Shown in pieces: positions 53,378 through 64,000 of a stretch of 64,000 nt of DNA. Under the pieces are notes generated by a model, which worked only from the letters and a program-made list of their open reading frames with translations, ran no database searches and was not told the origin of the DNA. The position numbers and the translations under genes are program-made. The stretch is from Camelus dromedarius (taxonomy: Eukaryota): NCBI RefSeq assembly GCF_036321535.1, contig NC_087436.1, forward strand, positions 31,560,001 to 31,624,000. Reading direction: 5' to 3'. How positions within the stretch are numbered: position 1 is the stretch's first letter; every line of letters begins with the position of its first letter.

Positions 53378-55448
53378 GTATGAAATCATCGTTATCAATC
53401 TTTTTATAATATTTTCTTATAAAAAAAGAAAAATAGACTCCCTTTCTTTTCAAAAACATTGATGAGGAAGAAAAGATTTACCTGTAACTAACTAATCAGT
53501 TCTTGACCCTCTGTGAGCGTAAGAGTGTGTGCGTGTTTGTCTGTTTGCATGTATGTTTTCAAGATTATCTTTGGTTTTGTCTTTTGATCCATTGTTTCCT
53601 TGCTCTTGGTATCTGGTAGGAGCATCTCTTAATCTCATTATTATTTGCTTACATCTTGATTTTTACCCCAGAAAGACCCCAAACCATCTCACATCCTTTT
53701 AGATCTCTCTTTCTCTCCCCTCATTTTACTTATATTTCCCATTATTTGGAGAATATATTTTTTTCCCTCAATTTCAGATGTCTGTCTATCAGATTTTAGA
53801 TGCTTTGATGTACTTCTGATATAGACTTAAGCTGTGGCAGCTTTTTGCTGAAATCCTCTTTAGAGGATTTTAGAATTGAAGGAAGTGAAGAAACCAAGAA
53901 AGCTGTCTATATAGACAGGTTGTCATTCTGAATCTCAAAATTTCTAAGATGGGATACATGGAGAACCAGAATCATAATACAGCATTGTTCAGGATAAAAT
54001 CTGAGTTTCAATGAGCTACATTTTTAGAGTATACATGATATTTATAATGTTTCTTTGATTTGAAAATGTTTTTTACATTTTCCTCCCAAACTTTGATCTT
54101 TCTGATTATTGGATAATCATACAACAGAAACATTTCTTATGTCTCAAGCTAAACCCACCAGGAGGTGATGACCACTCTTTCCTAGAGTTTGAATATACTC
54201 ATCATTGTGTTTGGCTCAGATACCCTGGATCAAGTCAGTTGTGACAAAGGTACCAGGGTTGACTTAATTTAATGCAAATGGAAGAAAGTATAACAACATT
54301 ATATAAAAACAACCCCTTAAGACTGATTTCCTTAGAATGGGGCTGTGGATATGATAGACGCTAAGAATTTTATTTGCTCCCTTACTTTCTTTTCTCTTCA
54401 TACATGGACAGAAAGAAAGAAATCTACTCTGTGCTTTGGATGACTGAATAAATGCCAGGGCTTATTGGAACAAGATTATTAGATCTGGTTTAACAATCTA
54501 TATATAAATTACTGGATAGATATGTAGCTTTACTGAAAGAACATATAATGCTTACAGCTTCTAAAAATAGATGTAAGTTCTTCTGTTACATTTGAAATTA
54601 TTTATATTATCATTTCCAAGGTTAATCTTCTAATAAATTTATTTATAAAGTGATCCTTTAGACCTAGATTTCAAAAACAAGCCTTTCTTTTAAGTTGCAG
54701 CTTCTGTTTTGTCATAATTGTCTTCTCCTAGTCTTTACTGTTTGCTTTTTAGCCTGTGGTCATTTAAGTTTGAGCCAACCATAGTAATTTCTTTTTCTAA
54801 TTGCCAAAGAGCAACAGAAAGCACTCTTTTGCACAAATGGCATTTTGCTTTTATTTTTAGGACTAGTGAGTCTAAAGTTTCTGCTGAATTCATTCTCTCG
54901 AAATTGTTATGACTTGTGGTTTATTATAAAATGGAATAGCTGGTTATCTTAAAATTAAACTACTTTAAATTTTTAATTTTTTGTAATCTCTCTGATTTGT
55001 TTCTCTCTTAAATCAGCGATTTTACTAAGGTGTTTAACTTCATTTTTCTATTTGGCATCCTCCATCTAAGAGTGATTACTGAATTAATTACAAGAGAGAA
55101 GAAACTGTAGTAGAAAGCCCAGAGGGCTATGATAAGAGTAGTTGCTACTTTTACAGAGAGAAAAGATGTTGACAGCTACTTCTAAGAACAGTTACTCACA
55201 TAGATCTTATTGGTTAGAAGTAGTGTTTATGATTTATCTTACTGACTGAGTCAAAAAATAGTATATCTTGAAAACAAGTATCACTATAATTCTCTATATG
55301 AAAGATTTTCTTCCAGAAAATACAAATAATAGGGGAAAATTTGGTGATACGGAACATACTGCTGAAATTTTGTTTCCTTCCAACTATTAATTATTTTGAA
55401 ATATTTTACGGTATAGAATCTTTAGTGTGACTGTAATGATCCAACTTT

Positions 55449-56349
55449 TTTTAACCATTTTTTATCGATTTATAATCATTTTACAATGTGTCAAATTCCA
55501 GTGTTCAGCACAATTTTTCAGTTATACATGAACATATATATATATTCGTTGTCACATTTTTTTTCTCTGTGAGCTACCATAAGATTTTGTGTATATTTCC
55601 CTGTGCTATACAGTATAATCTTGTTTATCTATTCTACAATTTTGAAATCCTGTCTATCTCTTCCCACCCTCCGCCCCCTTGGCAACCACAAGTTTGTATC
55701 CTATGTCTATGAGTCTATTTCTGTTTTGTATTTATGCTTTGTTTTTTGTTGTTTTTTTTTTTGTTTTTGTTTTTTAGATTCCGCATATGAGCGATCCCAT
55801 ATGGTATTTTTCTTTCTCTTTCTGGCTTACTTCACTTAGAATGACATTCTCCAGGAGCATCCATGTTGCTGCAAATGGCGTTATGTTGTCGGTTTTTATG
55901 GCTGAGTAGTATTCCATTGTATAAATATACCACATCTTCTTTATCCAGTCACCTGTTGATGGACATTTAGGCTGTTTACATGTTTTGGCTATTGTGAATA
56001 GTGCTGCTATGAACATTGGGGTGCAGGTGTCATCCTGAAGTAGGGTTCCTTCTGGATATAAGCCCAGGAGTGGGATTCCTGGGTCATATGGTAAGTCTAT
56101 TCCTAGTCTTTTGAGGAATCTCCACACTGTTTTCCATAGTGGCTGCACCAAACTGCATTCCCACCAGCAGTGTAGGAGGGTTCCCCTTTCTCCACAGCCT
56201 CTCCCGCATTTGTCATTTGTGGATTTTTGAATGACGGCCATTCTGACTGGTGTGAGGTGATACCTCATCGTAGTTTTGATTTGCATTTCTCTGGTAATTA
56301 GTGATATTGAGCATTTTTTAATGTGCCTTTTGTTGTAATGTAATGTATA
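55449..56349 (-). mobile_element. Young 5'-truncated LINE-1 with open ORF2 C-terminus (170 aa) and 17-bp TSD
   Basis: ORF 55774..56286 [17 protein letters not shown]...HCWWEC...; TSD TGTAATGATCCAACTTT at 55432-55448 and 56350-56366. Confidence 0.95.
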
Positions 56350-57654
56350 TGTAATGATCCAACTTTAATCCTAGTTTATGCATGTCTCCTATATAATTAT
56401 TTGAATAATATATATTTTTCAAGATGCATTAATATTTTTGCAACTTTTGAAGATCATTATTTTTAAAATTACAAAATGGAGGTCATTGCTACAGTGAAAT
56501 CCAAGCCTCTTAGTTATCATGGCATTCAAGACCTGCCACCTGCCTTTCCAGTTTTTTCTCTCATTGCATCACTCCATGTATGGTCAGTTCTCAGTTATCT
56601 GGCAGTGAATTTATTCATTTTTAGTTTAATTGTGATCCAGACGCAGCAGGGGCCTGGGAAAGGTTCACCTTTCAAGGCAGCTTTGTATGTAATTGGCTAT
56701 TACTGATTTCCTAGACCAAGCTGCCTTGAGCTTCTCTTGAAGCATTGCATGTTTCACCCTTCCCTTACCAGGTTCACTCTAGGCTTGTCTCTTCTCCTAT
56801 AACCTAGAGTACCCAATCAAGACTAATGGATATATCATGCATTGGTTGCAGTTTTGTTTTAAGTGTGATTTTACATGCCCTCCTTTCTGATCTCCATCTG
56901 CTCATTTACTTTTATTGAGAATTCACTATATACCTTGTTATCTAATGTTTTTTTCTTCATTTTCTCCCCACTTGAAATGCCCTTCCTTTAATCTTGAAAT
57001 CTAAAATCCCTTTATCCCCTCAAAGAAAATTAATCGTACCTTCATCTCATTTCCTTTACAGTGTGTATTTTATTCTTACTTATATTTCAGTTAGTGACTT
57101 TTTATCATCTTTCCTACTAAAATTTGTGTTAGCAACCACGTTGGCAGCCTTGTATAGTGCAGAGAGTTTCGACAATTAATAAAAGGTGATCAGAGACTGA
57201 ATGAATTACTGCTAAGGAAGATCTCTATTTTCTCTTTTCACCATAAACATTTTACTTTTTGAAATAAAAGCACTTAGATGGGCTTCACCTAAGATCGATT
57301 AATTAAGATATACATTCAAAGTCTAGATATCATCTGGTATTTGTTATGGTGACATACTGAGGAATATCTTTCATCTGTTTTCCTCTAAACATCTAGAAAT
57401 CATAGGAATTATTTATAAATATTCTGTAAATTTTATATAAAATACTTTTATATTCTATTCCAAGTGTTTTATCATGTTCTGCATATCATGAAAATACCTA
57501 TATTTAATATTGCTTGTTAGAAGTGAAGAATAATTATTTCTTATCTGTAGACTAGAGTCATATCTGGTTACTTGCAGATGGATGGACTACTTAATCCATT
57601 TCAGATCTAATTATGTGGAAAATGTTTTCCTACAACGATATTTTATTCTTTCAG

Positions 57655-57710
57655 AAACAGACAGGTGAAATGAAACTACAGCTTGAAAATGTCATCAAGG
57701 AAAATGAAAG
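57655..57710 (+). CDS. SCLT1: SCLT1 exon 5: KQTGEMKLQLENVIKENE(R); gene continues beyond the window
   Basis: TTTATTCTTTCAG acceptor, AAG|GTAGGT donor, 56 nt; exons 1-5 sum to 290 nt in one open frame. Confidence 0.95.
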
Positions 57711-57794
57711 GTAGGTCAATTAACTATTATTTTATTCTTTTCTTAGGTGGCTTTTATTATTTTTATCTGATATTTTATTCATGTAGTATACTGG

Positions 57795-57990
57795 TCATGA
57801 GTGTGGAGTCTTGGACTAATTTCCTGTTTCACTCCTAGCTCCATTACTTAGAAGACCTTGGACAAGTTATTTAACCTCTTTGGGCTTTAGTTTCCTCATC
57901 TATAAATTGGAGATAATAACAATCTATTATTAGATTGGAATAAAGTAAAATAGGGATACCTAATAAACACTTTATAAATATTAGCAATCA
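57795..57990 (+). mobile_element. MIR SINE
   Basis: GACCTTGGACAAGTTATTTAACCTCTTTGGGCTTTAGTTTCCTCATCTATAAATTGGAGATAATAA. Confidence 0.8.
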
Positions 57991-60367
57991 TTAATAGTAT
58001 AGTATATAACATATATGTATGTTAGGAAACATACTGATAGAACAAAAATCTGTCAACCCACCATCCAGTTAAGAGCTAAAATGTTACCAATACTGGTGCA
58101 CCTATCCATGTTTTCCTTCCCCATCTCATCCCTCTCCTTCCCTCTGCCATAGGTTAATACGATTTTGAATTTTATTTTTTAAAAGCAAGGGAATTATAAA
58201 AATTTTTATAGGTACGTTTTTTCCTAATGATATATTATTTAGTTTTGCATTTTTTTAAAGTATCTAAAATAGTGTTGTTTAGTCTTCTGAGACTTTTATT
58301 TCACTCAATACCATGCACAATTACAAGAGTTTAAAGGGATGAAATTGCTGAGTCATATGTTCTGTGAATACTCAATTTTGCAATTAATGCCAACTTAATT
58401 TTCAAAGTGGCTGTACCAGTTTACATACCACCAGTGATATTTATGAGTTCTTTTTGATTCAGATGTTTTATCAGCACTTGCTCTTATCAGATTTCTTAGT
58501 TTTTGTTATTTTGAGTCCTAGGTGGTATTTCATCGTGGTTTTAATTTACATTTTCCTGAATACCTGTATGATTAACCATTTTTCATGTATTTATTTACCC
58601 ATATGGCTTTCTGACAAAGTGCTTGTTAATTTCTTTTTCCAATTTTCTATTTGTTTATCTTTTCCTTAATAAATTGTCAAAGTACTTTATGTAATCTGAA
58701 TATTTGTTGGTGTACCAATCAATGTAAGCAGTAATCATTGTACAAATTTCAAATAAGAAGGAATTTAGTCAATTACAGTTGAGTACTATGTAAGTAAGAT
58801 CGTTGGTTTTAGGGTCATACCTTAGATGAGATTCTGAGGTCAGGAGTTAATGCTGCTGCCACCATCTCTGTAGCTACCACTACAGCATCATTTCCATGAA
58901 TCTGGACACTTGACACTGGAAAGCGGGGTGTGGGGTACTGACTGTAAGAGGCACTCTTGTCTACCATCTGTTGTACCAATAGAAAAATGTTCTCAGCTCA
59001 CTTCTGCCTTCCATATCCCCCTCAAGTACTTCTTACTGGTGCAACTTTAATCCCATCTACAATTTCATCTGCAAGGACATGTGGGAAACATAGTTTTAGA
59101 CTTTAGCCACTATGATAGAGGCTGGGATATGGAAAGGGATGGGAATGAAGAATGAGTGCCAATGGCCCATTCAACGTGCTAGACAATAGTTATGTTTCAG
59201 ATGTCTATTCTCAGGTTGTGATATATTTGGTAAACAGAATTTTTTTTTTTAATTTTAAGGTAGTTGAATATAACAATCTTTTGTCTTACAGTTGTTGGTC
59301 TTTGTGTCTCTAACAAATCCTCCCTCAGCTTGGGGTCAGAAAGATCTTCCCTTATATTTTCTTCTAAAAAATGTTTAAAGTTTTATTCTATCCCAAGTTT
59401 AACTTTCAAAGCTCATACAACTGGGCTGAACCCTGATATATCTTTTGTTGTTGACTTGTATAACTAAACCAAAAAATGAAATACATGTTTTTTAGTTTTA
59501 ATTTCATTTAAAGCATAGGCTGTTTTAAAGTTTGGCATTTCTTATTTGCATTCTTATATGCAAGTCTCTTAATTGTATTTTCAGTTTTTCTCATTTATTT
59601 GTGTTTTTTGCCATGAGAAACTTTTTCTGACTCTAACGTTTTATGATATACTCTTCTTTCGCAAGATAATCATTAAACAAGTTATCATCTTTGTAGTGAA
59701 GAATATTACTAAGATTTTTGAATCACCAGTGTATGTAGATTAAGTTTGTATTTTGTATTGGGCATAAATGCCTGATGATTGAGCTAATGATTTAGTTGTT
59801 TCCTATATTTGACTCCATACTCTTCCTTTTATGTCCAGGTCTTTTGCATCCAGTCTTGTAAAAATCTGCTATTTAATAGTAATGTGGTTATTTCTCATGA
59901 ATGTACTTATTCTTAGTGCAATAGGGAAGTGAGAAAAAATGGATTCTGAGCTTATTAAAAGGCACTTTTAGTAACTCGAAATGTCAGATTTTAAAGTGAA
60001 CTCTGTCATTAGGGCGACATCCTGCTTTTAATTAAGTATTGCAGTTAAGGATTGCAAAGTCAAAAGAGTATCATTTTTAATAAATGTAGTAAATATGTAT
60101 ACATGGTCAGGTTTAAATAATGGAAGTTAGCAATAGCATGAATTACATAATAGTATGCAATTCCACATTATTAGGTTTTAAACATTTTAATACATTTGAA
60201 GAATCAGGACATACTGAACAAGAGACAGCACAGAATTGCAAACTGTAAGATTAGACACCCCTTCCCTAAATACTTCAGATACCAAAACAAATAAAAATAA
60301 ACTACTTTAGGGAGTTCTTGTTTGGCATGACAATGCAGGACTATAAAAATGACCCTGCAAGGTATGT

Positions 60368-62379
60368 CCAAGATGATGGGATAGGGAGACCCTGAACTCA
60401 CCTCCTCCCATGAGCACACCAAAATGACAACTATTTACAGAGCAAATATCAATGAGAATGACTTGAAGACTAGCAGAAAAGATTTTCCACAACTAAAGAT
60501 GAAGAAACTGAAACAAGACAGGAAGGAGGGGGCAGAAATACAGTGTAGTCAAGACCCACATCCTGAGGTAGGTGACCCACAAATGGGTCACAGAAGTTCT
60601 CCCTAAGAAGCAAGTGGTCCAAGCCCCACATCAGTCTTCCCAGTTTGTGGTCCTGCAGTGGGAAGGCAAGGCCTCTGAACTTGTAACTTGAAGACAATCC
60701 AAACAAATGGAAAGATATATGATCATAGATTGAATTAATATCAAGAACAAATGAAATCCCTTTCAAAATACCAGTGGCATTTTTCACAGAACTAGAACAA
60801 ATAATTTTAAAATTTGTATGGAAACACAAAAGACCCCAGATAGTCAAAACAATTTTGAGAAAGAAGAACAGCTGGAGGTATCATACACCCAGATTTTAAA
60901 CTATACTACAAAGCTACAGTCACCAAAACAGTATGGTACTGGCACAAAAACAGATACACAGATCAATGGAACAGGATAGATGGCTCAGAAATAAACCGTA
61001 CTCATGTGGTCAGTTAATCTGCAACAGTGGCGGAAAGAACATATGATGGAAAAGAGAGCATTTTCAATAAATGGTGCTGGGAAAACTGGATAGCTGTATG
61101 CAAAAGAATCAAATGGAATTATTTTCTACTTTTTCACACCATATTCAAAAATATTAAAGAGTTAAATGTACCTGAAAGCCCAAAACTGGAAAAAAACATA
61201 GGTGGTAAGCTCTTTGACATTAGTCTTAGCAATATTTTTTTGTATCAGTCTCTTTAGGCAAGGGAAACAAAAGCAAAAATAAACAAATGGGACTCCATCA
61301 AACTTAAAAGCTTTTGAACAGCAAATCTATCAACAAAAATGGAAAGGCAGTCTACTGAATGAAAAGATGTTTGCAAATGATATATCTGATAAAGGATTAT
61401 ATCCAAAATATACAAAGAAATCAGCTCAACATCAAATACACAACTGTTTTTAAAAAAGGGCAGAGAAGCTGAAGACATTTTTCCAAAGAGGGCTTATAGA
61501 TGGCCAACAGACACATAAAGAGATGATCAGCATCCCTAATTATCAGGGAAATGCAAATCACAACCACTTGAGATACACCTCACACCTGTCAGAATGGCTA
61601 TTACTCTAAGTGACAAATAACAATTGTTGGCTAGGGTGTGGAGAAAAGAGAAAGAGAGCACTTGTACATTGTTGTCAGAAGTGTAAATTGGTACATCCAC
61701 TATGGGAAACAGTATGAAGATTCCTTAAAAAATTAAGAATTAATCTACCACATCATTGAAGAATACGAAACTACTAACTGCAAAAGGTATATGTACTCCT
61801 GTGTTCATTGTAGCATTATTTACAATAGCCAAGATATGGAATCAGCCTGTGTCCACTGATAGGTGAATGGGAAAAGATGTGTTATATATGTAGACACAGA
61901 TCTATCTATATCTGTTTACACATGCACACAATGAAATATTACTCAGCTATTAAAAAAAGAATGAAAACTAGCCATGGACAGACCTAGGGAGTATTATGCA
62001 AAGTGAAATAAGTCAGAGAAAGATAAATACCATACGATTTCACTTATATGTGCAATCTTAAAAATGAAGCATATAAACATAACAGTGGAAACAGAGCTAT
62101 AGAAACAGTGAACAAACAAGTGGTTTTCAGAGGGGGTTTGTAGAGGTTGAGGGATAAGTGAAGTGCAGGAGTATATTAAGAGGCAGACTTACAGTCATAA
62201 AATAAGTCATAGGGATGTACTGTACAACATAGGAAATATAGACAATAAAATAGTGTAATAACATTGGTGACAATGGTAACTAGACTTACTGTGGTGATCA
62301 TTTTGTAATGTATAAAAACATTGAATCACTGTGTTGTACACCTAAAACTGATAGAACATTGTGAGCCAATTATACTTCA
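60368..62379 (+). mobile_element. Internally deleted LINE-1: 5'UTR-like segment (~60368-60690) joined to late ORF2 and 3'UTR
   Basis: CCAAGATGATGG...GACCCTGAACTCACCTCCTCCCA...GAAGACTAGCAGAAAAGATTTTCCACAACT (recalled Laurasiatherian L1 5'UTR), then ORF2 (ESIFNKWCWENW) and terminal CAATTATACTTCA. Confidence 0.8.
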
Positions 62380-62381
62380 GC

Positions 62382-63797
62382 TTTTTTTTTTTTTACAGCT
62401 ATGGAAAATACTTTTTAAAAATTTTTTTTAACATTTTTTAATTGAGTTATAGTCATTTTACAATGTTGTGTCAAATTCCAGTGTAGAGCACAATTTTTTA
62501 GTTATACATGAACATACATATATTCATTGCCACATTATTTTTCACTGTGAGCTACCACAAGATCTTGTGTATATTTCCCTGTGCTATACAATATAATCTT
62601 GCTTATCTATTCTGCATATGCCTGTCAACATCTACAAATTTTGAACTCCCAGTCTGTCCCTTCCCACCCTCCTACCCCTTGGCAACCTCAAGTTTGTATT
62701 CTATGTGTATGAGTCTGTTTCTGTTCTGTATTTGTGTTCTTTTTTTTTTTTTTTTTTTTTTTAGATTCCACATATGAGCGATCTCATGTGGTATTTTTTC
62801 TTTCTCTTTCTGGCTTACTTCACTTAGAATGACATTCTCAAGCGACATCCATGTTGCTGCAAATGGCGTTATGTTGTCTTTTTATGGCTAAACAGTACTC
62901 CATTGTGTAAATATACCACCACTTCTTTATCCAGTTGTCTGTTGATGGACATTTAGGCTGTTTCCATGTCTTGGCTATTGTAAATAGTGCTGCTATGAAC
63001 ATTGGGGTGCAGGTGTCTTTTTGAAGTAGGGTTCCTTCTGGATATATGCCCAGGAGCAGGATCCCTGGGTCATATGGTAATTCTATTCCTAGTCTTTTGA
63101 GGAATCTCCATACTGTTTTCCACAGTGGCTGCACCAAAGTACATTCCCACCAGCAGAGTAGGAGGGTTCCCTTTTTCCACAGCCTCTCCAGCATTTGTAA
63201 TTTGTGGACTTTTGAATGATGGCCATTCTGACTGGTGTGAGGTAATACCTCATCGTAGTTTTGATTTGCATTTCTCTGATAATTAGTGATATTGAGCATT
63301 TTTTCATGTGCCTATTGATCATTTGTGTTTCTTCCTTGGAGAATTGCTTGTTGAGGTCTTCTGCCCATTTTTGGATTGGGTTGTTTGTTTTTTTCTTATT
63401 AAGTCATATGAGCTGCTTATGTATTGTGAAGATCAAGCCTTTGTCGGTTTCATTGTTTGCAAAAATTTTCTCCCATTCCGTAGGTTGTTGCTTTGTTTTG
63501 CTTATGGTTTCCTTTGCTGTGCAGAAGGTTGTAAATTTCATTAGGTCCCATTTGTTTATTCTTGCTTTTATTTCTATTGCTTGGGTAGACTGCCCTAGGA
63601 GAACATTTTTGAGATGTATATGAGATAATGTTTTGCCTGTATTTTCTTCTAGGAGGTTTATTGAATCTTGTCTTATGTTTAAGTCTTTGATCCATTTTGA
63701 GTTTATTTTTGTGTATGGTGTAAGGGAGTGTTCTAGCTTCATTAATTTACATACTGCTGTCCAGTTTTCCCAACACCATTTGTTGAAGAGACTGTCT
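62382..63797 (-). mobile_element. Young LINE-1 (ORF2 3' part and 3'UTR), closely similar to 43086-43900
   Basis: ORFs 63404..63742, 63089..63322 and 62838..63299 are L1 ORF2 pieces; 3'UTR is nearly identical to the 43-kb copy. Confidence 0.95.
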
Positions 63798-64000
63798 TTT
63801 TTTTTTTTAACATTTTTTTTTTATTGAGTAATAGTCATTTTACAATGTTGTGTCAAATTCCAGTGTGGAGCACAATTTTCAGTTATACATGAACATACAT
63901 ATATTCATTGTCACATTTTGTTTTTCACTGTGAGCTACCACAAGATCTTGTATATATTTCCCTGTGCTATATACAATATAATCTTGTTTATCTGTTCTAA
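63797..64000 (-). mobile_element. Second young LINE-1 3' end, apparently inserted in the previous L1 (runs off the window)
   Basis: ORF2 text GTTGAAGAGACTGTC is interrupted by poly(T) and a new L1 3' terminus. Confidence 0.9.

Noticed and set aside
55774..56286. 170-aa ORF, and the ORFs at 62838-63742
   Set aside because: LINE-1 ORF2 C-terminal fragments, not host genes.
32868..57710. SCLT1 as a pseudogene
   Set aside because: Exons 2-5 are in frame with canonical splice sites and conserved sequence; only the start codon differs.
1..64000. CRISPR arrays, operons or other prokaryotic systems
   Set aside because: Intron-exon mammalian DNA; no regularly spaced repeat-spacer array was seen.

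Overview
AT-rich, repeat-dense mammalian genomic DNA. The tRNA-derived SINE and young LINE-1 3' ends resemble those of camelids (inference). The window holds two head-to-head genes. On the minus strand is the complete C4orf33 orthologue (5 coding exons, 23276 to 15915, 193 aa). On the plus strand are the first five exons of SCLT1/CAP1A (32868-57710; the gene continues beyond the window). CpG-rich promoters lie at ~28.25-28.68 kb and ~31.8-32.9 kb. The rest is LINE-1, SINE, MIR, ERV-L/LTR and DNA-transposon remnants. Notable points: (1) the orthologous SCLT1 start codon reads ATA, not ATG, with an in-frame stop just upstream; (2) C4orf33 has an apparent 1-bp deletion removing its last 6 codons; (3) a diverged ~90-bp direct repeat brackets the shared promoter core; (4) several LINE-1 insertions show mechanistic footprints (two likely 3' transductions, an internally deleted L1, templated junction filler). 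I found no evidence of a wholly new multi-gene system. Repeat family names and human comparisons are from memory, not from a database search.
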